A stretch of 64,000 nt of DNA, taken from contig CACMET010000002.1 in NCBI GenBank assembly GCA_902612825.1, forward strand, positions 3,542-67,541, given 5' to 3'. The stretch is from an uncultured Alphaproteobacteria bacterium (GTDB taxonomy: Bacteria > Pseudomonadota > Alphaproteobacteria > HIMB59 > GCA-002718135). How positions within the stretch are numbered: the first letter of the stretch is position 1; every line of letters starts with the position of its first letter. Positions 57,328-64,000 of this stretch are shown here, in pieces. The notes beneath the pieces were generated by a model, which saw nothing but the letters and a program-made list of their open reading frames with translations, made no database searches and had not been told where the DNA came from. Both the position numbers and the translations under genes were made by a program.

Positions 57328-59381
57328 TTAACTTTATTATATGTTTCAAATATTTGTTTCTCAGTCAATATTTCATTCATTACTATGCCTTCAGGAAACT
57401 TTGAAGAATAAAATGCATTAAAAGGTATGCCAAATTTATTGTATTTTTTTAAAAATTTATTTATTTTTTCATTTGGTTGTGTCCAATCAGCTTTTATCAA
57501 TGTCACCTCTTGTGAATCAAAAAAATCTGAAACTGTTTTTGAATTTAAAACATTAATTTTATTAAACTTACAGGTAATGCACCAATCTGCAGTTATATCT
57601 AAAAAAACAATTTGATTATTAGCTATTATTTCAGGAATACTTTTGGAATTAAAATCTAACCAATTATGACCTTTATAATTTTCTTCATTAATTTTTTGAA
57701 AAGAATTTAAATATGGAGTTAAAAAGAAAATAATTATTAAAGAAATAATTAAGGGAGTTTGATAAATTCTAAATTTTAAAATTGCTGATATTAAGATCAA
57801 TAAAACAGTAAATGTAACTATAAAAAAATAATTGAAATAATTATTTAATATACTTAAAAGCCAAACAATTGTTATGAATAATAAAATAGATAAAAAATAT
57901 TTAAAATAAATCATCCATTTTCCAGATCGAGGTAAGAAGGAAATCAGACTTGGAAAAAAAGCTATAATCAAATAAGGTAAGCTCATTCCTATACCCATAA
58001 AAAAGAATATTAAAAATAGATAGGTTGTTGATTGAGTAAATGCAGCAGTTACAGCTGTTCCTAAATAAGGTGCAGAACATGGTGTAGCAAGTAGTGTAGC
58101 AAAAAAACCATTAAAAAAATTCTTTGTATAAAAATTATTTCCTGAATTTAAAATTTTTGATGAAAATAAAAAACTTGGTAAATTTATTTGGAAAAGACCT
58201 AGTGTGTTCAAGAAGAACATTGATATAATTATTAAAATGAACATTAAAAAGTAGGGTTCTTGAAATTGCATACCCCAAGATATTGAAATATTAATTTGTT
58301 TCAGGATAGCAAAAAATGCACCAAGTATTAGAAAAGAAGAGATAATACCCAATACGGTTATAAAAAAACTACTTTTAATCTTTCTATCCTCAGTATTAAT
58401 TACAGATAATAATTTTAATGATAATACCGGAAAAACACATGGCATAAGATTCAAAATAAACCCGCCTAATATTGAAATTAAGAGTAAGTATATAAGACTA
58501 GTATTTGTAGAGATATTTTTATCTACATTTTCAATTTCTACACTTTTTTCAACTTTAAAGCTGTGATTATTATCATAAAAAAATATTTCTATTGGAAATT
58601 TTTTTTCATTAAACTGATCGGCACTGTAATATAAAGAGGTATTCAATTTTTGGAAATCAAGGGAATAATTATTTATTGGTTCTACAACAGGTAGTCCAAA
58701 TGGTGTGTGAATAAAAATTTTTGGATTGTCAAAAAAAGAGGTAGTTGATATTTCTATATCAAAAATAACACTATTGTTATTTTCAATAGCCTTGAATGAG
58801 AAATTAGAAATAGGTGTAAAATCAATATTATTATTTAATGTAGTAGATAGAACTTTTTCAATTTCAAAAAAATAATCTGTATATTCACCATCTCCAGAGG
58901 GTAAGTTTAAAAATATATCCGCACTACCTGGAATGCAAACATCTTTACAAACTAAATAATTAATATTTAAATTTAAATTTGTTTGTTTTTGATTATCTTC
59001 TAGATCTACAATTAAAGGAAAGATTACTTTATCTTTATAACCAATCGATTTTAAACCTAGTATTTCAAATTCTATTGGCTCTGGCCATAATATTTTAATA
59101 TCTTTAACGTTTGAGGAATTATTCCATATAATTTTTTGAGGAAAACCTCCTCCTCCAGGTGATTTCCAATATGTTTTCCATTCCTCTTCTAGTTCATATT
59201 CTAATGCTAAAATTAATTGGTTGTTATTATTTGATGCAGTCATTGGTGAAATTAATCTAACTTTTGATTTTTCACTAATTGCCCAATCTGAAGATAAGGA
59301 GTATCCAGCTGTGCTAAATAGCCCAAGAGCAAGTATTATTGCTATTTTTAATAGATTTATAACTTTTATTACCTTGTCCAT
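57324..59381 (-). CDS. DsbD/ScsB-like transmembrane thiol:disulfide electron transporter
   Basis: 685 aa with signal peptide. N-terminal periplasmic domain (CKDVCIPG). TM core with NLMPCVFPV and ATPCSAPY cysteines. C-terminal thioredoxin fold (WCITCK). Confidence 0.8.
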   Translation of the reverse strand: MDKVIKVINLLKIAIILALGLFSTAGYSLSSDWAISEKSKVRLISPMTASNNNNQLILALEYELEEEWKTYWKSPGGGGFPQKIIWNNSSNVKDIKILWPEPIEFEILGLKSIGYKDKVIFPLIVDLEDNQKQTNLNLNINYLVCKDVCIPGSADIFLNLPSGDGEYTDYFFEIEKVLSTTLNNNIDFTPISNFSFKAIENNNSVIFDIEISTTSFFDNPKIFIHTPFGLPVVEPINNYSLDFQKLNTSLYYSADQFNEKKFPIEIFFYDNNHSFKVEKSVEIENVDKNISTNTSLIYLLLISILGGFILNLMPCVFPVLSLKLLSVINTEDRKIKSSFFITVLGIISSFLILGAFFAILKQINISISWGMQFQEPYFLMFILIIISMFFLNTLGLFQINLPSFLFSSKILNSGNNFYTKNFFNGFFATLLATPCSAPYLGTAVTAAFTQSTTYLFLIFFFMGIGMSLPYLIIAFFPSLISFLPRSGKWMIYFKYFLSILLFITIVWLLSILNNYFNYFFIVTFTVLLILISAILKFRIYQTPLIISLIIIFFLTPYLNSFQKINEENYKGHNWLDFNSKSIPEIIANNQIVFLDITADWCITCKFNKINVLNSKTVSDFFDSQEVTLIKADWTQPNEKINKFLKKYNKFGIPFNAFYSSKFPEGIVMNEILTEKQIFETYNKVK

Positions 59382-59438
59382 ATAAAATAAATCAATACAA
59401 TATTGAAAAATATAAATTAACGCGAATATATATACTAT

Positions 59439-59990
59439 ATGAATTTAACTGGTCAGTTCTTAATTTCAATGCCTTCATTAGAAGATGATAGATTTGAAAA
59501 AACGGTAATTTATATGTGTGCTCACTCAAAAGATGGGGCTATGGGTATAATAATCAACAAAAAAATTGATTATGACCTTTACCCTGATTTGCTTGAACAA
59601 CTAGGTATAGACAAGCCATTAGAAGATAAAAAACTTTACATTCGCTATGGTGGCCCTGTTGAAAGTGGTAGAGGGTTCGTTTTACATTCTGATGAAGTAA
59701 TTCAAAAAGAAACCCTAACAATAGATAAAGGAGTGGCGTTAACTAGTACTTCAGAATTTTTTGAAGACCTTTCTAAAGGTAATGGTCCAAAGAATAGTAT
59801 TCTAGCTCTCGGATATGCAGGATGGGGCCCAGGGCAAATTGAAAAGGAATTAGCGTCAAATAGTTGGATGACACTAAAAGCAAATAGTGATTTTATTTTC
59901 GATGAAAAAGTTAATAATAAATGGAACGATGCATTTAACTTATTAGGAATAGATGCAAGTAAACTTTCAATATTTTCAGGTAGCTGTTAA
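59439..59990 (+). CDS. YqgE/AlgH-family protein (UPF0301)
   Basis: 183 aa. FEKTVIYMCAHSKDGAMGIIINK and GGPV...GFVLH motifs. Confidence 0.8.
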   Translation: MNLTGQFLISMPSLEDDRFEKTVIYMCAHSKDGAMGIIINKKIDYDLYPDLLEQLGIDKPLEDKKLYIRYGGPVESGRGFVLHSDEVIQKETLTIDKGVALTSTSEFFEDLSKGNGPKNSILALGYAGWGPGQIEKELASNSWMTLKANSDFIFDEKVNNKWNDAFNLLGIDASKLSIFSGSC

Positions 59991-60182
59991 CTATAGAATA
60001 ATATCAAAAACTCTTTCCTTATCTTTTTCTAAAACTTTTTTTATTTTAAACTTTGCAGTTTTTGTAAGTTTCATTCCTTTATTAGTCACAAATGATTTCA
60101 TTTTTATTACCTCTTTTTCAGGCATTTTTCTTTCATATTTCAAAATATGTTTCTTTCCACTAATCATAAATGCTGTCTTCAT
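59991..60182 (-). CDS. Small basic hypothetical protein (63 aa)
   Basis: AAGGAG Shine-Dalgarno 7 nt upstream of the ATG and purine-rich first codon positions. Competes with an antisense 83-aa hydrophobic ORF (59953..60204 +). Confidence 0.4.
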   Translation of the reverse strand: MKTAFMISGKKHILKYERKMPEKEVIKMKSFVTNKGMKLTKTAKFKIKKVLEKDKERVFDIIL

Positions 60183-60200
60183 ATTTTATCTCCTTTGTGT

Positions 60201-60236
60201 TTAAGAGAGGTAAGATTACCTCTCTTAATTTTTTTT
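60201..60236. other. Strong hairpin between amtB-1 stop and the small ORF; T-tract lies on the + strand
   Basis: TTAAGAGAGGTAA / TTACCTCTCTTAA arms (11-13 bp) followed on + by 8 T (on the - strand, preceded by 8 A). Confidence 0.5.
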
Positions 60237-60241
60237 AAGTA

Positions 60242-61528
60242 TTAGTCTCTAATTGAATAAGCTACCACTCCAACCTCGGCTTTATCTGTACCAAGTTTTT
60301 CAGCTTCTTCACTAATTCTTAATCCCATAATATTTTTAATTAAATATATTACAATATATGAGAAAACAAAAACAAAGATACACACTGATGCGACACCCAG
60401 TAATTGAATTGAGTATGATGCATCAGGATTAGTTAGAGGGACAACTAATGTTCCCCAAATACCAGCAAACATATGCACGGGTATTGCACCAACAACATCA
60501 TCTAGTTTTAATGAATTTAAAAAGTTAGTTCCATAATACATTATTACACCACCAACTGCTCCAATTCCAATTGCAAGCAATGGACTAGGCATTAATGGCT
60601 CAGCTGTTATTGAAACTAAACCTGCAAGTGCTCCATTAAGCATCATGACAATATCAGTTTTTCCGCCAATCAATCTTGTTATTGCTGCGCCAGCCATACA
60701 TCCTCCACAAGCTGCAAGTTGAGTGTTCATGAAAATTTTTGACATTGCTGTTGCATCTTCATAAGAACCTAATGCAAGTTGAGATCCTCCATTAAAACCA
60801 TACCAACCCATCCATAAAATAAATGTTCCTAATGTAACTAATGGAATTGATGATGGAGCAAATGGAGCCATATTAGCAGGTTCTCCACTCGCACTGAATC
60901 TTCCAAGTCTTGGGCCTAAAAGAATTACTCCTGCTAAAGCTGCAGAACCACCACAAGCGTGGACTAATGTCGAGCCAGCAAAATCTGCAAAACCAAGGGC
61001 GTCTAACCATCCTCCACCCCATTCCCAACCCATTTGAATTGGATAAATTACTCCTCCAAGAACTGCAGCAAAAGTGAAGAAAGGCCAAATTTTTATTCGC
61101 TCTGCAACAGCACCAGATACAATTGAAACAGTTGCACACACAAATAAAGCTTGAAAAAACCAGTCCGAAGCATCTGAATAACCTGTTTCCATAGATGAAT
61201 TATCTGTCCATATAGATGGTGTACCAACATAACCTCCTTCAGGGACAGAATATCCAAGATTATATCCAATTAAATAGAAAACAATTGAAACAATTGCGAA
61301 CTTTCCAATATTTTTAGCAGCAATAGTTGATACACTTCTAGTTGTAACTAGACCTGATTCTAAAAATAGAAATCCCGCAGCCATCCACATGACTAAAAAT
61401 CCACATACTAAAAAAGAAAATGTATTAAATATATATGCTACTTCAGCGTCAACCTCTGCTCTCACAGATGAACTTAGCAATAAAATAAAAGAGAAAATTG
61501 CAAAAAGACTAAAAAATTTTTTATACAT
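60242..61528 (-). CDS. amtB: Ammonium transporter (Amt family), paralog 1
   Basis: 428 aa with signal peptide. DFAGSTLVH and AIPVH twin-His motifs. GGAG Shine-Dalgarno. Confidence 0.9.
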   Translation of the reverse strand: MYKKFFSLFAIFSFILLLSSSVRAEVDAEVAYIFNTFSFLVCGFLVMWMAAGFLFLESGLVTTRSVSTIAAKNIGKFAIVSIVFYLIGYNLGYSVPEGGYVGTPSIWTDNSSMETGYSDASDWFFQALFVCATVSIVSGAVAERIKIWPFFTFAAVLGGVIYPIQMGWEWGGGWLDALGFADFAGSTLVHACGGSAALAGVILLGPRLGRFSASGEPANMAPFAPSSIPLVTLGTFILWMGWYGFNGGSQLALGSYEDATAMSKIFMNTQLAACGGCMAGAAITRLIGGKTDIVMMLNGALAGLVSITAEPLMPSPLLAIGIGAVGGVIMYYGTNFLNSLKLDDVVGAIPVHMFAGIWGTLVVPLTNPDASYSIQLLGVASVCIFVFVFSYIVIYLIKNIMGLRISEEAEKLGTDKAEVGVVAYSIRD

Positions 61529-61556
61529 TATTTAACTCCATATAAAATTATAAACA

Positions 61557-61577
61557 CATAACTAACCTTTAGTTATG
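61557..61577 (-). promoter_or_regulatory. Terminator-like hairpin in the amtB-1 leader (possible expression platform)
   Basis: RNA CAUAACUAA-AGG-UUAGUUAUG (9 bp, AU-rich) followed by UGUUUAUAAUUUUAU just before the Shine-Dalgarno. Confidence 0.35.
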
Positions 61578-61618
61578 CATTACTTCATGCGTAGCTATGG
61601 AAATTAATTACTAAGATC

Positions 61619-61672
61619 CGCGTTCCTTCGGGTATACCTACTTCCGATTTGCAAGCTGCAAATTGAACGATT
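61619..61672 (-). promoter_or_regulatory. Glutamine riboswitch aptamer (glnA RNA motif), proximal copy, amtB-1 leader
   Basis: Minus-strand RNA AAUCGUUCA-AUUUGCAGCUUGCAAAU-CGGAAGUAGGUAUACCCGAAGGAACGCGG. It has the conserved CGUUCA ... CGGAAGUAG ... GAAGGAACGC core of the glnA motif. Confidence 0.8.
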
Positions 61673-61686
61673 TTATAACTTTGCAT

Positions 61687-61739
61687 GCGTTCCTTCGACT
61701 TTCGTCTACTTCCGTCACTCTAAAAGAGTGATGAACGTG
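61687..61739 (-). promoter_or_regulatory. Glutamine riboswitch aptamer (glnA RNA motif), distal copy, amtB-1 leader
   Basis: RNA CACGUUCAU-CACUCUUUUAGAGUG-ACGGAAGUAGACGAAAGUCGAAGGAACGCAUG, with the same conserved core. Confidence 0.8.
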
Positions 61740-61745
61740 ATTTGA

Positions 61746-61773
61746 CTTATAACTATAATTCGGAAAGTATCAA
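61746..61773 (-). promoter_or_regulatory. Possible promoter of the amtB-1 leader
   Basis: Minus strand reads TTGATA-16 nt-TATAAG, ending ~7 nt before the first aptamer. Confidence 0.35.
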
Positions 61774-61805
61774 TAAATAGTATTAAAATTAATTATTAAA
61801 TCTAA

Positions 61806-62180
61806 TTAATTTTCTAAGCTCATTTTATTAAAAAATGTACCTTCTTTTTTTAACCAACCATTAATCATATCAAGAAAATTATTACTTAAGTAGTAATTCT
61901 TAATTCGTTTATCAGATTTACTTTGTTCTTTTACGAAAATATTTTTTTCCAAGGCTTCGTTTAAAATTGATTGAATAGAAGATCTAGAACCAATTGACTT
62001 AGGTATATTTGCACAAATTGTTTCAAATGAAATTCCATTTAATCTATTATTTTCATAGATCTCTAGAGAAATAACGTGATGCAAAATTGATTTAAATAAA
62101 AATTTTGAAACGTAATCTTCTGAAAAAAAGCTTGAATATATGTTTCTTTTTTTTTCTTTAATAATTTCTGTTTCAGTCAT
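61806..62180 (-). CDS. Small winged-helix-like hypothetical protein (124 aa)
   Basis: GGGAGGG Shine-Dalgarno 4 nt upstream of the ATG. Central segment ISFETICANIPKSIGSRSSIQSILNEALEKNIFVKEQSKSDKRIKNYYLS reads as helix-turn-helix plus wing (MarR/PadR-like pattern). Confidence 0.55.
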   Translation of the reverse strand: MTETEIIKEKKRNIYSSFFSEDYVSKFLFKSILHHVISLEIYENNRLNGISFETICANIPKSIGSRSSIQSILNEALEKNIFVKEQSKSDKRIKNYYLSNNFLDMINGWLKKEGTFFNKMSLEN

Positions 62181-62208
62181 TTGACCCTCCCACTAATATT
62201 TAAGAGTT

Positions 62209-62236
62209 TGGGAGAGCATATGCTCTCCCATTTTTT
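62209..62236. other. GC-rich palindromic hairpin between amtB-2 stop and the wHTH ORF; T-tract on the + strand
   Basis: TGGGAGAGCATATGCTCTCCCA followed on + by 6 T (preceded by 6 A in minus-strand sense). Confidence 0.5.
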
Positions 62237-62279
62237 AGTGACCAACTATAAGGAGTTGATGTGCTAATCACTAAATTCA

Positions 62280-63566
62280 TTAGTCTCTGATGCTGTAAGC
62301 CATTACGCCTACTTCAGATTTATCAGTACCAAGTTTTTCAGCTTCTTCACTAATTCTAATACCAAAGAGCATTTTCATGATGTACCAAATTATAAATGAT
62401 ACGACAAAAACGAAAACGTTAATTGCTATTATACCATAAAGTTGAGCTCCAAAACTTGCAGCGCTGTTTGAAATTGGAACAACTAATGTTCCAAAAATTC
62501 CAGCAAAACCATGTACAGGAATTGCTCCAACAACATCATCAATTTTAAGTGATATTAAAACTCTTGTGCCATAGAAGACAATTAATCCACCAATAGCACC
62601 AATGATCACTGCTAAGAATGGAGAAGGAGCTAATGGTTCTGCAGTAATTGCTACTAAACCACCTAATGCTCCGTTAAGCATCATAACAACATCTGTTTTA
62701 CCTGTTACTAGTCTTGAAATTACTGCACAAGCCATTACACCTGCACCAGCTGCCAAGTTAGTATTAATATATATTGTTGCTACTGCTGTAACATCATCAA
62801 ATGTACCCATTGCAAGTTGTGATCCACCATTAAATCCGAACCATCCAAGCCACAGGATAAATACACCAAGAGTTGCAAGAGGTATTGAAGAATTTGCAAA
62901 AGGCTCCATTGGAGCTGCTTCACCACTATCAGTGAATCTTCCTAATCTTGGGCCTAATAAAATTGCACCAGCAAGTGCTGCTGCTGCTCCTGCACTATGT
63001 ACTAGAGTTGAACCAGCAAAATCTGAGAAACCAGCTTCCGCTAAGTATCCTCCGCCCCACTGCCAACCCATTTCGATTGGATAAATGAAACCAGTTAATA
63101 AAGCACAAAAAATAAAGAATGGCCAAATTTTAATTCTTTCAGCTAGTGTTCCAGATACAATTGAGCAAGTTGTTGCACAAAATACCATCTGAAAGAACCA
63201 GTCAGAACCATCTGAATAACCTGTATCGACAGCACTACCATCACTCCAAGGAATTGGAGATCCAATAAATCCACCAGCGGGTATACCGTAAGCCATATTG
63301 TATCCGACTAACCAAAACATTATTCCTGCAATTGAATACAAGCCGATGTTTTTAGCTGCAATTGTTGCTACACTTTTTGATGTAACAAGTCCTGATTCAA
63401 GCATTGCAAATCCTGCTGCCATCCACATGACCAAGAACCCAGATACAAGAAATAGGAAAGTATTTAATATGTATTGCACTTCACCATCTACCTCTGCTCT
63501 TGCGTATGAACTAAAGAGTAAGAAGACAGTTACAATGCCAATGAAATATATAGATTTTTTTAACAT
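62280..63566 (-). CDS. amtB: Ammonium transporter (Amt family), paralog 2
   Basis: Track ORF runs to 63596. ATG 63566 is preferred because it is preceded by GGAGG. ~428 aa and ~65-70% identical by eye to paralog 1. Confidence 0.9.
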   Translation of the reverse strand: MLKKSIYFIGIVTVFLLFSSYARAEVDGEVQYILNTFLFLVSGFLVMWMAAGFAMLESGLVTSKSVATIAAKNIGLYSIAGIMFWLVGYNMAYGIPAGGFIGSPIPWSDGSAVDTGYSDGSDWFFQMVFCATTCSIVSGTLAERIKIWPFFIFCALLTGFIYPIEMGWQWGGGYLAEAGFSDFAGSTLVHSAGAAAALAGAILLGPRLGRFTDSGEAAPMEPFANSSIPLATLGVFILWLGWFGFNGGSQLAMGTFDDVTAVATIYINTNLAAGAGVMACAVISRLVTGKTDVVMMLNGALGGLVAITAEPLAPSPFLAVIIGAIGGLIVFYGTRVLISLKIDDVVGAIPVHGFAGIFGTLVVPISNSAASFGAQLYGIIAINVFVFVVSFIIWYIMKMLFGIRISEEAEKLGTDKSEVGVMAYSIRD

Positions 63567-63658
63567 TAATCCTCCATTATAAATTTCACAGTACATGGCT
63601 CACACTGAGTCATGTGTTACTTTTCATGCTTAGCTATGGAAATTAATTACTAAGATCC

Positions 63659-63711
63659 GCGTTCCTTCGGTTTAACCTACTTCCGATTTGCAAACTGCAA
63701 ATTGAACGATT
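63659..63711 (-). promoter_or_regulatory. Glutamine riboswitch aptamer (glnA RNA motif), proximal copy, amtB-2 leader
   Basis: RNA AAUCGUUCA-AUUUGCAGUUUGCAAAU-CGGAAGUAGGUUAAACCGAAGGAACGCGG. Confidence 0.8.
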
Positions 63712-63725
63712 TTATAACTTTGCAT

Positions 63726-63778
63726 GCGTTCCTTCGACATTCGTCTACTTCCGTCATTCAATAAGAATGATGAACGTA
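63726..63778 (-). promoter_or_regulatory. Glutamine riboswitch aptamer (glnA RNA motif), distal copy, amtB-2 leader
   Basis: RNA UACGUUCAU-CAUUCUUAUUGAAUG-ACGGAAGUAGACGAAUGUCGAAGGAACGCAUG. The stem change C-G to U-A relative to leader 1 is compensatory. Confidence 0.8.
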
Positions 63779-63880
63779 ATGCTGATTTACTTTATTATTA
63801 AAATTTATTAAGAATATTTAAGTAAAGTTTGCTATGCATTTTTTGCATGAATAAAAAAATACAAGAAAACTAAGGAAGAT

Positions 63881-64000
63881 TCATATAACTTCAGATAAAT
63901 TTATCCACTTTGAGTCTTTTGAACTAGAATCGACACTTGCGTTTATAAACTTCATTATGTGTAAACCATCGTCAATATTTGGAAGAAGCTTTAGTAATTC
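63881..64000 (-). CDS. 3' end of an unidentified gene (partial)
   Basis: Open minus-strand frame from the window edge: ELLKLLPNIDDGLHIMKFINASVDSSSKDSKWINLSEVI*, with TGA at 63881-63883. Function not recognisable. Confidence 0.3.
   Translation of the reverse strand, partial: ELLKLLPNIDDGLHIMKFINASVDSSSKDSKWINLSEVI

Larger units (their letters stand above)
61584..61739 (-). repeat. Duplicated amtB leader unit, copy 1
   Basis: ~155 nt alignable with 63624..63778, with about 9 substitutions by eye. Confidence 0.85.
63624..63778 (-). repeat. Duplicated amtB leader unit, copy 2
   Basis: See copy 1. Includes a 40-nt identical block: the 3' end of the proximal aptamer plus the ~27 nt downstream of it (tagctatggaaattaattactaagatccgcgttccttcgg on +). 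Confidence 0.85.

Noticed and set aside
59953-60204. 83-aa Phe-rich plus-strand ORF as a confident gene
   Set aside because: It starts inside yqgE without a Shine-Dalgarno, and its composition mirrors the Lys-rich minus-strand ORF. It is kept only as an alternative in the findings.
60873-61139. 88-aa minus-strand ORF inside amtB-1 in another frame
   Set aside because: An alternative frame of a clearly coding Amt gene. The Cys/Trp/Arg-rich nonsense composition does not look like a real protein.
62602-63084. 160-aa plus-strand ORF (Ala/Pro-rich)
   Set aside because: It lies entirely antisense to the well-supported amtB-2 gene. Its composition is the typical mirror of a Gly/Ala-rich membrane protein, and it has no Shine-Dalgarno.
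63833-63848. ATGCA-N6-TGCAT inverted repeat upstream of the amtB-2 leader
   Set aside because: The 5-bp AT-rich stem is too weak to call either a terminator for the partial upstream gene or an operator.
1-64000. CRISPR arrays, transposases/IS elements, integrases, prophage genes, toxin-antitoxin or restriction-modification pairs, tRNA/rRNA genes
   Set aside because: Nothing resembling these was seen. There are no direct-repeat arrays. The only methyltransferase is an orphan CcrM. No spacer is long enough or has cloverleaf-like features for a tRNA.

Overview
64-kb, AT-rich, almost gap-free coding window. The core synteny is alphaproteobacterial (rnhB-ccrM; mutY / DUF721-dsbA-smc-atpI-B-E-F'-F; ispH-thrB-rnhA). 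The compaction is extreme: overlapping stops and starts, 0-50 nt spacers, and no mobile DNA, rRNA, tRNA or CRISPR seen. By inference this best fits a SAR11/Pelagibacterales-type streamlined marine genome. Layout: 0.1-5 kb holds DNA-repair, cell-wall and cell-cycle genes (UDG, Slt, MoaB, RNase HII, CcrM). 5-10.4 kb is a small accessory patch (rhodanese, secreted hypothetical, 813-aa autotransporter, MATE pump, GNAT-like ORF). 10.5-22.2 kb is a purine supercluster (guaB-like, purE-K | purC-D-F-N-M | purSL-Q). 22.2-32.3 kb holds mutY, a DciA-like DUF721 gene, DsbA, a short SMC, F0 ATP synthase genes, ispH, thrB, rnhA and YceI. 32.3-57 kb is a carbohydrate/polyol/sugar-acid catabolic island with no recognisable regulator. 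The most unusual element sits in that island: an eight-gene operon next to a sugar-type ABC importer. It combines three membrane di-iron oxygenases with a Rieske ferredoxin plus reductase (MocDEF-like), a divergent PanB-fold protein, a lactonase and an IlvD-type dehydratase. 56-60 kb holds redox genes (SDR, Prx5, DsbD-like) and YqgE. 60.2-63.8 kb holds two paralogous amtB genes separated by a small winged-helix ORF, with no glnK/PII. Each amtB is preceded by a near-identical leader carrying two tandem glutamine-riboswitch (glnA-motif) aptamers. Other points: a candidate sRNA with a CCUCCC loop and a GANTC cluster upstream of ccrM, a short-armed SMC, a PurS-PurL fusion, a CBS-less IMPDH, and a cysteine-free family-4 UDG. 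All homology calls are by-eye motif recognition; no searches were run.
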